Below are positions 37,094-48,369 of a stretch of DNA of 58,267 nt, one piece after another. The stretch's first letter is position 1; each line of letters begins with the position of its first letter. The translations under genes and the position numbers were made by a program. Location of the stretch: positions 113,886,676 through 113,944,942 of the forward strand of contig NC_068981.1 of assembly GCF_001194135.2 (NCBI RefSeq), in the 5' to 3' direction. Origin of the DNA: Octopus bimaculoides. Lineage: Eukaryota. Under the pieces are notes generated by a model. That model had not been told where the DNA came from and searched no databases. It saw nothing but the letters and a program-made list of their open reading frames with translations.

Positions 37094-37259
37094 CTGGTCT
37101 TCCCTATGAGCTGTATAAGTGTATGCCAGACTTGTTCGGGCACCTGCTGGCCAATGCGTACGCGAACTGGCAACAGAACGGGCTTATCCCCAGATCTGTA
37201 CGCCGGGGAGTGGTGAAACTGGTCAGAAAGGACCCAGATAAGGGGGGCACTTTAGATAA
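37094..37259 (+). mobile_element. 166-bp internal fragment of the L1/Tx1-type RT at 42.2 kb
   Basis: Matches 42172-42338 with 3 substitutions and one G-run indel by manual comparison. Confidence 0.95.
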
Positions 37260-37899
37260 GTATGGATCTACAAAGTAGTTGGTGTATGTTTCTGGCTCTT
37301 TATATTAAGCAGGAACAATGCGGTGAATGTACACAGTATCTATAATTTGAAGTTTCATCATTAGATTTATACATCAGCATTCGTGTGTTTTTTTATCTAC
37401 GATTACTGTATGCTGTCTATGCGCTTTATTTGGGCTTCGTGCTGTGCTAAGAATATATTTACCGTCATTAATAATCTATTTGTGTGGGGAATTCTGTAAA
37501 AAGTGATGCTTTTGTTTAATTATACTTTTGTTCTAGTATCTTGTTTTGTATTGTGTTGTGTGCTGTAATGTACCATAATTTCTCGTTGTAAGAGGCATAG
37601 TGAGCTAGCTTTAGCGTATCATATATGTGTACCAACTATAACAATGCTAAAATTGACAGCTTTCATGCATCAATGCATGAATTCAACCGTATCGATCGTT
37701 AGTAATTTATTCGTGAGTTTATAAATTTAATTACAAACATCTTCAGTATTACTGGGACTTATCCTTAATTACAACTTATCTGATGATCTCTTTCTTCGGA
37801 TTCAACCGCAATCTGAACAAATTTCCTTTGCCCCTCACTACAATTAACACAGACTCTAGCCTGTTACGAATTCCGTTGCAACATTTGTTCCATTTTCGG

Positions 37900-38150
37900 T
37901 AGTATCAGGGCGTTACTTCAAAAACTAGCTTATTTATTACAGACTATTTCACTGCACGTTTCGCTGAAAAGTCTGAGTACCGATTGACTGATCATTTTAG
38001 GGAAGAATTGTTGGAAATTCACTGCGAGAACACCGGATTACTCAAACACTTCAATTATACGGGCTAGCCGCATTTCACTGTTTGGAAAAATTATGCAACA
38101 CTGTGATACTCCTGTTTCCCATTTTAAACTCATCTATGCTCGCTGGTATT
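37900..38150 (+). mobile_element. Possible highly decayed Penelope GIY-YIG fragment
   Basis: EKSEYRLTDHFREELLEI...LLKHFNYTG resembles the ET.RRL.DRFREH...HFN...H pattern. Confidence 0.4.
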
Positions 38151-40033
38151 AACGGTAGACATGATCTCCTCAAAACTCTTACCTCTACTTCTACTTCACC
38201 ACTATTTTCTCTCCACCCACACACCACATGTCCAAATCCCTAACCACATGTCTTCTATACAAATGGTCTCACACACTTTAATACTCGTGTATCACACATT
38301 GAGGCCCTATACTATGACACCTTATTCATCATACACAGACATATACATTCATTCATAATATTGTTCACTCTCACAATTCCGTTTTGCTTACACACACATA
38401 TATATAAACATACTTCACTTATATTTTCTTTACATTCAATACCCATCGCACAACACATCAACACTCTGTACATGTCACACATCAAAATTCTGCTCTAATC
38501 GCTTTGTAGAAATTCGCGCACGTGAGTTTTCACACAACCTTACTGACACGTTTTACATTTATTCTATCGCATACCATTTTATATCTGTACTTGTCAATCA
38601 CCCACTCATACTCTCTCTCTCCCTCCCCCTCTCTCTCTATCACACACACACACATACAATCCTTTTTTAAGCGCACACATAAACCTATTTTGCACATACC
38701 TCTTTTTTCTTACTACTTTTGACATTCAGATTCCTTCTATTGTTTTCTACTCAACTGCGTTGAAAAACAACTTAATTCCATTAACTTCTTGTCTTTCATC
38801 CACTCACTTCATATCCTTGAATTAAGAGGTATTTTTTTCCCCTTTTCACTGCGCGAAAAGTCAACTCGCTTCCCTTACCTTCGTAGTATTAACCATGCGT
38901 AATTAGCGCTTTGGGTATTGCTTTTTGTTGTTTTCTCTTTGCTTTCTGTTACTTTTACTCGTATCTCATCTGGATGTTAGTTAATTACATGAATAAAATA
39001 ACATATGCCATATTTTTCTGTTTAAAGTAGGAGTTTTATATGCCTGCGATTAATCATAGTTATTTCTAGATGGTCGAGTGACTATGTTGAGGATCTATTT
39101 AATGTAAAGAAGGCATATGAAAATGTTTGTGTACAAACGAAATGTAGTGAATTCGTGTTTCCATGCCAGTATATATATACTTTACTGGCATAGCTTCTAT
39201 GCCAGAATACAATTACATATAGATTGATATAAATAGCTTTCAGTTTTGCAAATGACTAGAAAACGTTGACTCTCATTAATAACGCTGCAATATTTTCATG
39301 CTCTTTCACTGAAAATACTTACTGGATACTGCATAATCAAACAATTAGATTTGGTAAAATGTGAGAATTATCGAAAGCAATTCAGCTTGCAGGAAATCAG
39401 TTATTATAGAAGCGTAATTACTGAAAGTGTTTGCATTTTTTTTGTGGTAAGTAAAAGAGAGCTGGCTCCATTTTAGTTTCTCCCTGTCAATTTGCTAATG
39501 AGGTCCTTAATGAGATCGCATTTGGTTATGACTAGTATATGAATTGGACATACAACACATGTTTATATTTTAAAGGTAATTATTGACAGATGACATATGA
39601 AAAATAATCTAAGACTTTTATTTAACTCCTTATGCATTTGCTCACATGCAATTTATGTATGTTTACAGATACATACATACATACATGCATATATAATACA
39701 TACATACATACATACATACATACATACATACATACATACATAGTTAATTGCATGAATAAAATAACATATGCAAGACTCAAGTTCCAAATGTGAATTTGTC
39801 TGTGTTAACTACATTCCAAAGATGGAGCCTTGTATCTTTGTTGCAAACCGGCTCCCTCAACACTGGAAGATTTATAATAATTAAAAAATAGTAGAGACAT
39901 ACATACATATATACATACACACACATACAGACACGAGCACACGCATACACACACAGACGATCAAACACACACACATATATATATATATATATAGAATAAC
40001 GAAGGCAGCTATACGCAATATAAAACCAAAAAC

Positions 40034-40290
40034 GAAAAATTCAGTTGTCACTAATTGTGACTGAGGGTGCCGGGTAGCATCTATATTGCTAGAAATAAGA
40101 GTTAAAACCCTTACAGCTGCAAGAAAACACATTTTCATATACTGACAGGGGAGATAACCGCCCCACAGCGAGCGAGGTGACTATGCTAGTCTGTTTCGCT
40201 GGACAGTTATAAGCCCATCAGTAGTGACTACTCCATTGCTAGATAGTTCGGCTAAATCCTGAATGTTAGTATATATATTTACCATATGAA
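40034..40290 (-). repeat. Dispersed single copy of the 2.9-3.85 kb hammerhead-like repeat
   Basis: Reverse complement contains GCTGAATCAGCCACAGATTCATATGGTA, GAGTAGTCACTACTGATGGGC, GAAAC, GGCGGTTATCTCCCCTGTCAG, ACTCTTATTTCT and GGCACCCTCAGTCACAATTAGTGAC. Confidence 0.85.
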
Positions 40291-40410
40291 TCTGTGGCTG
40301 ATTCAGCAAAATACATACATATAAATATTTATATATATATATTTACACATGAATAACTACGTGTATATAAATATAAACAAACATTTGTTTTATATAAGCG
40401 TCCAAATGTC

Positions 40411-40587
40411 TATTGTACGATACAAATAAGATGAGTTTTTCGAACGCAGAATTGCCGTTAGAACAGCAGAAATACTGGGTAAATTTACCCTTACAAAGTG
40501 GGAAAGTTTATCAATACACAGCCATAGGACTCGAACCCATATCCCTCAAGACTCCGGCAGAGTGCCTCACCGCTAAGCTAAACCCCC
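40411..40587 (-). mobile_element. Short tRNA-derived SINE, family D
   Basis: Minus-strand head GGGGTTTAGCTTAGCGGTGAGG...GGGTTCGAGTCC with A- and B-box-like motifs. Confidence 0.7.
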
Positions 40588-40658
40588 TGCTGACAACTTT
40601 ATCCACAAATTTAGACGCTAAGTAGCTAAATGAATAACCACGTGTATATAAATATAAA

Positions 40659-40810
40659 GCACTCTGGCAGAGTCTTGAGGGATGTGGGTTTGAGTCCCAT
40701 GGCTGTTTGCTGACAATTTTTTCTGTTTTGCAAGGTTAATTTGTCCAGTATTTCTGCTGTGCTAACGGCAATTCTGCGTTCGGAAAATATATTATTTGTA
40801 TCGTACAATA
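40659..40810 (+). mobile_element. 5'-truncated second copy of SINE family D, head-to-head with 40411-40587
   Basis: Reverse-complement match to 40411-40565 over ~150 bp with scattered mismatches. Confidence 0.75.
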
Positions 40811-40849
40811 AATATATATGTATATGTATGTGTCTGTATGTGTGTGTGT

Positions 40850-43800
40850 ATGTTGTTTGAATGTACGTGGCCTGATGTCAGGCTGGAAGCAAGGACGCTT
40901 CCTAAATGACATCACGTCGCGGGATTTAGATGTAATACAAAAACCTGGTTGAGAGGGACAAAAGATCTGCTCCCCTTCCTGAACGGCTACAAGAAATACG
41001 TTTCTCCGTGTCGGGCAGGAGGTAGGAGTGGGGTGTTGGTCCTATTAAGAAGAAACCGGGTTACCGAGAAAAAAATTGATTTTTTTCTGATCCAGAAGGC
41101 AGAATGGTCGTTCTGGACTTGACTTTCAATTGCAGCAAGACAGTCAGGCTGATTGCAGTTTATGCACCCAATCTTATTGGTCCACAATGTGAATATGTTC
41201 GTGACCTAGGGGAATTTCTAGCGACGTCGCACTCTTTAGTTCTGTTAGAAAATATTAACACAATCTGCGATGCGTGCGTAGATTGTGTTGGCTCGAGACC
41301 GGATAGGACATGTAACCCTGGCTTTCGGGATCTGCCAAACTATTTCCAGATGGCAAACCCATATAGTTTGGGACACCCGGACGCTCCATTGTGGACATGC
41401 TCAAACAGCGACGGGTCGCCCCGATCATGTTTAGATAGGATTTTGATTAGAAAGGTAGATAAGAGTATAGTTAAGAGTCCACAGTTTTATCCAGTCAGCT
41501 ACAGTGACCACAAGATGGTTACCTGCAAGCTGAACGTAGATAAGATGCATAGACAGGGATCTGGCTACTGGAAACTCAATACGTCCCTTTTGGCAATTGA
41601 AGAGTACAGAAAGCGGATTAAACAGTTAATTCAGAGGGCGTTAACAGGTACCATCATTAACAACAAAGGGTGATACGCCTAAAACGTGCCGTAAAATATG
41701 AGTCTATTAGATATAGCATAGGTCTAGTTAAAAGCTAACATAAGAAAGGAAATGGTCTAGTTAAGAATTTAGAGGAAGCCATGAGGACTGGCAATGCGGA
41801 GCAAGTGATGGTGAAGAGACTGGAATTGAGCGAGCACCTCGAAGCCCAACACACGGGGTGCATTGTCAGAGCTTACATGCGTGCAATGGGCTGTGAAGGA
41901 ATCAAGGCCGCTCCCACTATTCGTTCTATGGTGAATTATCAAGGTTTATTGGTAAACGAACCCGAGAAAATGTGTGAGGCCTTTCAGGAGTACTTCGCTC
42001 GGCTGTTCGGGGATGGCAGCGGGCCGGATGGTAGGGGAGACCTTGAGGGCTTCCTTGCCGGGCTGCCGCGCCTCTTGAGGCCGGATGTGGGGTCTTGTGA
42101 AGGGCCGATCACGCCTGGGGAGGTGATTGAGGTTGTGGCGGACTGTGGCGTGGGTAGGTCGCAGGGACTGGCTGGTCTTCCCTACGAGCTGTATAAGTGT
42201 ATGCCAGACTTGTTCGGGCACCTGCTGGCCAATGTGTACGCGAACTGGCAACAGAACGGGCTTATCCCCAGATCTGTACGCCGGGGAGTGGTGAAACTGG
42301 CCAGAAAGGACCCAGATAAGGGGGGGCACTTTAGATAATTTCAGGCCCATCACTCTGTTAAATGCAGAAGTGAAGATTTTGGCCAAGGTATTTGCAAAAA
42401 CGTTGGCGCGTGTCTCGGATGATCTGATCGGGGGGAACTGACATGTGCCATTCCCGGCAGAATCATTCAGGATAATCTCCAACTTATCCACTATACCTTA
42501 GAGAGGTTTGGAGATAAATCTGGCAGAGATAGGGCATTGGTACATTTAAACCAATCTAAAGCTTTCGATACGGTTGACCATCGGTACCTGGTGACTTTTC
42601 TTGCGCAGTTTGGCCTGGGTCTTGGCTTCCTTAGTTGGATCAATCTATTATATCACAACATTGACTTGAGAGGACGGCTGAACGGTTTTCTCTCAAAACC
42701 GTTCTGTATCAAACGCTCGGTTCGCCAAGGATGTTCGCTCTCACCACTTTTGTATGTGGTGGCTCTCGAGCTGCTACTGCGAAGGTTGAGTGGCATCCCG
42801 AGAGAACCAGGATATGAGAAATTTGTTTCAGCTTATGCGGATGACATCACCATCAGCGTGACCACAATGGCACGCCTACATGAGGTAGGCAAGGCTATTG
42901 AAGTTTACGAGACGGCGGCAGGAGCAAAGATTAACCGGGGAAAATCAGTTGGCTTGCAACTCGGCACCTGGTGGGCAAGTCTCTGCCTTCAGATAGCGCC
43001 GTTGGACGCTGGATGGAGGGACCGGTTAAGTTGCTAGGGGGTCTGGCTTGGGCCAGATTTCCATGAACTGGGCTGAGGTTTCGAGCAGAGTGGCCTCCGT
43101 AGTCAAGACCTGGTCTTGGTGGTGGCTATCCCTGAAAGGGAGGGCGGAGTTGGCCAATGTGTTTATCGCATCGGTCATTACCTACCGCCTGACCGTCGTT
43201 CCTTGCCCGGATTCGTGGTTAATCAAGTTGGAGAGACAGCTCTTCCGCTTTTTGTGGAAGAACACGTCGACACTTGTGAGACGCTCTATTTGTTGTCAAA
43301 GACCGTTAAAGAGAGGATTAGGGATGCATTGGTTGATGAGGCGAAGACATGCGCTGAGGTCGAGGCATCTCTGGATTCTCCTGGATGGTGAACGGGTGTG
43401 GTCTCCGTTAGCAAGACTGACGTTCCCGAATTCGTTAATTTTTGCGGTTGGGAAGCCTAGTGCTTTCGTAGATCGACCTTCAGTGCATGGCATACGGAGT
43501 GCCGTAAGACCCTCTTACTATTCCATCGCTCGGGTAATGCCAGCGGTGGGGGTTCTACAGCATTATTCTATAGATGGTTAGCAGAGGTTGAATGAGACGA
43601 TGGCCTGAGGGAGACTCTGGGTCTCCGGTATATTCATCTTGACAACCTGTTCCTTCGTACGTTCGGGTTGAGGTCGTTGGATAATTTACAAAAGTCCTTG
43701 AGCTGGTAATGTTACAGAAGTGCCTTGCCCGTTTGGGATAAGCTTGCAAGACATGGTATACACCAATCACCGACCTGTCCAAGATGTGTGCGGGATAGAG

Positions 43801-44365
43801 AAACCATCCCGCACGCTAATGTTCAGTGTCCAGAAGTATTGGAAATGTGGGCTTATGCGGAACATCTGTTATCCAGTACAGGGAGAGTACAACTGTCGGT
43901 TGAGTCAATCATAAGAATTGACCCACCTGGATTTTTAACAAATGACGGTAAGAATTGCTTTCTCATCGTAGTAGCAATAGGATGAAAGGAGTCAAGATAG
44001 GCAGCTTTATCTCCGACCGCGTTTTACAAAAGTATTTCGCTTTTCACCTGAAAAGGAAAGTGTGGCTGGAGAAGAGGTGTCTGTCGGAGAAAATGTTCAA
44101 CGAAAGATGGAAGTATGTAGCACGAGTGTTGCAAGTGAATATGCTATAAAGTGTCAAAAAAGTATCAGTGGTGGTTTGGGGCTCGTGCGGTCGGGGCTGA
44201 ACCCAAACACCACTCCATTTGTATTGTTCTTTTGTAATGTATAATCATTCGTTTATATATGCTTTAATTTTTAACTTCATTTTATTATAATTACATATCG
44301 ACCCCAAATCAGGTTGTGTTGTCCCCATCTTTCTCGGCCCCTAGTGGGCAATAAAGAAATATTTC
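40850..44365 (+). mobile_element. L1/Tx1-clade LINE ORF2 pseudogene (APE endonuclease, RT, CCHC) with 3' UTR
   Basis: CLNVRGL at the start, IAVYAPN, LDRILI, YSDHK, GYWKLNTSLL, NFRPITLLNAEVKILAK, KAFDTVDH, RQGCSLSPLLY, AYADDITI, CPRC...H...C; AATAAA at ~44350; frameshifted. Confidence 0.93.
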
Positions 44366-44394
44366 ATAGTCTTTAAAATTAATTACGACTTACT

Positions 44395-45905
44395 ACTTCA
44401 TCTTCTTCTTTCCGTCCACACAATTCACCACCGATGCACGAGGTTCAACATCCACCTCCGACCTCAGTGGGTTCACTCTTTCATAATGTCTTTCAATTTT
44501 GAAATTTTTTTAACTTTGGGTGTCCTATATTTCACAATAAATCTTTTTTCTGTTTTTATTTTGCATGTTGGCGCTTTTTGTCTTTGTATTTCTGCAGGTT
44601 TTGACTTTCCTGTGATTTTATCTGTGTGTGTGTCTGTGTGTGTGTGTGTATTTGTGTGTCTGCGTGTTCGTTTGACTGTAATTCTGCGTGCTTCGACTGT
44701 GTGTCTATGTCTTTTGGTCTCGTAATTCTGAGTTATCTTGTTTCTGTTCGTCTATACTTCTGTGCTTTTGCATGTCTATGTGCTTGAGTGTCTGCAGGTC
44801 TGAATGTTTCTGTACTTGTAAGTCCTTTACTGGTGATCCTACTGGTAAATATTCCCCGTTTCTCGTCGTTGGTTGGGTTACCTCTTCCATTACTTTGTAC
44901 TTCTTCAATTCCACTATCGTTGGTGACTTGCCTCTCTCTCTTTTTTCTTGCTTCAACTACACAAAATTCCTGTCTTGTTTTGTTATCTGTTTCTGCTGTT
45001 TCTCCGCCATTATATTCTCCTGATTACTCTCCTCTACAATTTCCATTGCTGCTCCAGGGCATTTCTTTCTCAAGTGCCCTCTTTCACCACATTCGTAACA
45101 CTTTGGGGGTCTCCCCTCGAACATTATCTCCAGCTTTTCTTCATTTGGTAGCTCTAAAGTTTCAGGCATTTCGTTGTAATATTTCGGGCTCACTGCACAA
45201 ATTATCTCTAATCCGTAGCCCCAGCACTCCCCTTGTTGGGTTCGGCTTACCATCTCCATCTTTCCGTCTTCGCTTTCCTCCCTCATCTCCGAATAAACAA
45301 TTGCGGCTTAATCCACTCTGGGTCTATCCACAGTGGGATTCTTCCCACCATAATTCTGACAATTCTTTTGTCCAACCAGTTTGGCATCAAAGTAAATTTT
45401 TCTCCCTGTATCAGCCTGTTGGAGGCCTTTTCCACCTTCTCTTCCGATATAAAGGTTGCCACTATCGACGCATATCTCTTTCCTCTCGTAAAGAATGTTA
45501 TGCTGTCTCCTATATGTTCTTCTAACATTTCTTCTATTTCTTCCTGCGGCGCGTGTTCAATTCTTTTATTTTTATTCGAAAATGTTCTGAATATGACCGT
45601 CTTCTTTTCCATTTTCACTTGTTCCTCTTCTGGCAGGGTAATTTTTATATTTGACCCTTCCTTCTCTATCATACTACTGTATTTCTTTATCAGCTCTCCA
45701 TTCCACTGTAACATCTCCTGTGGGTCTAGGGGAACTCGATCTCCAGTAGCTTCAGCATAACATCTCATTTTTCTCAGTTATTCACTACCACAAAAAATAC
45801 GGCTAGAGTACTTAAAAAAACAACAAAAAAATTGTTTGGGTGGTGGTTGCGCTGCCAAATTCCTGTTCAAAATATATAGTTTTCAAATTGACAACTAGTC
45901 ACTGA
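44395..45905 (-). mobile_element. L1/Tx1-type ORF1 (gag-like, CCHC zinc knuckle) with putative 5' UTR and no ORF2 behind it
   Basis: ORF pieces 45768-45283, 45286-44957 and 44956-44705; EGRPPKCYECGERGHLRKKC (CX2CX4HX4C) followed by a low-complexity basic tail. Confidence 0.8.
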
Positions 45906-45913
45906 TCTATAAA

Positions 45914-46251
45914 TTAGAAAATTACTATTTTTAAATCTCACGAGAGATATTCAGCAACAGTACTTTGTCGTAAAGACTGTATGCCAACATAACGTTGCAG
46001 ACCTGGTTTAGAACGAATGTTGTAGTAATTTAACCCCAGGAGACATCGTCTCCAGCTGGCTATACGACACAATTTGTGTCCTTATATTTTCGAACAAGGG
46101 AATCTAGCACCCCCACTCAGCTCAAAACTATATCTGCTTACCGCGATTTCCTAAACCAGGACTGCCATGTTATGTTGGCAAACAATCTTTACTACAAAGT
46201 ACTGTTGCTGAATATCTCTCGTTGTGAGATTTAAAAATAGTAATTTTCTAA
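45914..46251. mobile_element. Fold-back/MITE-like element (~100-bp inverted arms, ~135-bp core)
   Basis: TTAGAAAATTACTATTTTTAAATCTCAC.. mirrored by ..GTGAGATTTAAAAATAGTAATTTTCTAA; arms ~45914-46013 and ~46148-46251. Confidence 0.85.
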
Positions 46252-47095
46252 AAAAAATCCTAATTGTGTAATTTTAGAATTAAAATTTAGTTCGCACTTC
46301 ATGTACGTTGGCATTTAAATCACTATTGTTTTTTTTTTGCAGAAGACATCCCTTGAGAATTTTCCAGTTGTTATTTCCAAGTATTCTATCGAGTTGGTTT
46401 ACGAAAATCCTATGTGTTCTAACCATTCTAAGATCGATCAGTAATCGTTAGTCTAGGCTTTATCAATGAGATGTAAACTGATGAATACATGTCTAGTTAT
46501 TTCTGAAATGTAAAAGATCAACTTCAGCCTCCAATGCATTCCGTATTACATTAATATTAATTTACTTAATTCCCGAAGCTAAGACCCGGGTCTTGACTAG
46601 AATTGATCATTAAGATAACGATTTGTTCTCATCACTACAGTCACAGTCTCTTTAATTAAATTTACTTTGGTCACTATATCATGTATTCTAGTATCTATTT
46701 TGTGTATAAGTGAAGGTCTCTAAGTTGATACCAATTGCTTTTATCATTTCTTATGCTGAGTGAGACGTATTTGTATTAATTATGTCGTTTTTGTTTTAGT
46801 TGTCATTATAACCGATGAGAACTATGTGATATAAAGATAATATTATCAAGATGTAGCTTCTAAAACATTGGCAGTTACAAGAGATTTTACATGAAAGAAA
46901 ATACAAAGCCTGTACGATCAAACAATTAAATTTGCAAAGAGGCGAGAGAAATATCGAACCAATCGGCTTTAGGGAATGTATTGATTTCAGAAACAATTTT
47001 TTGTAAACATTCGGGGTCATTTTGTTGCATCATGTTTCCTTCTTTCTTACTCAGTATCTATGAACCTGCGTATGAACGCAGCATGTGTGCATGTG

Positions 47096-47132
<37 letters not shown>

Positions 47133-47629
47133 TATATATGTATGTACGTATGTATACATACATAATTTGTGTATATAAATGGTGTGTGTGTGTGTGTGTG
47201 TGCTTATGTATTTGTGATTGTATATATATATATGTGTGTGTACATATATACATATTTGTTTGCGCGTGTGTGTGTTTTGTATGAATGAATGTGTCTATGT
47301 GTGCAAAACACGCATCATGATAGTTACACAAAACATCAGTGAAAGCTTGTAAAAAGAAATTCTATTATGCGTTAGATTTCTGAAATCAATACTTTGCTGA
47401 AAGCTGCATTAGTCCGAAATTTCTTTATTATCCTTTTAAATCTAATTATTTGAAGAACAAGCAATCGTACACACCCCCTTATATTCAGTTGTTTAATTTT
47501 GTAACAGTAACATATAAACTATCAATTTTTAAGCGATTTCGACGTAAATCTCATCACTGAAACTAACAATAGAAGATGTGAGGACGACGATATATATGAG
47601 AATGAACTATCGATATATATATATATGCA

Positions 47630-47702
<73 letters not shown>

Positions 47703-47708
<6 letters not shown>

Positions 47709-47860
47709 AAAGAAAAGGATACAGTGATCAATGGCAAAGCTAGAATTATATTTTATAGATAAAGTCTTACAACTGTCTTACAGTTAACAGCTGTAAGACT
47801 TTATCCATAAAATATAATTCTGACTTTGCCATTGGTCTCTTTATCCTTTTCTCTCTTTAT
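47703..47860. repeat. 74-bp-arm palindrome beginning at a hammerhead helix III motif
   Basis: Arms 47703-47776 and 47787-47860 (8 mismatches by manual count), 10-nt spacer; the inner end of the right arm is ACAGCTGT-A-AGAC. Confidence 0.85.
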
Positions 47861-48369
47861 GCATACACACGCTAATACACGACCTATGTTATATTCCCCA
47901 CTCATGTTGCTGCAACGACAGGGGCAAAACTAGTCAGTATACAGCACTTACTCGGTATGACCTGTATCTTTAGGGTTTGGTTGACTCCAATACCCTTCAT
48001 AACCTTCATATATATANNNNNNNNNNNNNNNNNNNNNNNNNNNNNNNNNNNNNNNNNNNNNNNNNNNNNNNNNNNNNNNNNNNNNNNNTATATATTTATT
48101 TATTTATTTATTTCTCGATTTCTTGCTAATAGAGAAAGAGTCAGTTTCTAACCTAGATCCAAGGACCTTTCATTGGCGTTTTAAAGAACATCAACATGTT
48201 ATTTATTTATGTTTGAGTGCAAGCTATTTATGCATGTTTGAGTGTATATGTTCAATATTTGGAGTTAATGTGTGTGCTGATTTGTATGTGTTGTATTATA
48301 TATGTATTTTCAAGCATATAATTGCATGTCTAGACATGTGCGTATATAGATAAATGCTAAACTTTTGGA

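Noticed and set aside
39460-39530. Cluster of TGTCA, TAATGA x2 and TAATGAGAT motifs as a homeodomain enhancer
   Set aside because: Short motifs are expected by chance in AT-rich DNA; cannot be supported without cross-species conservation or chromatin data.
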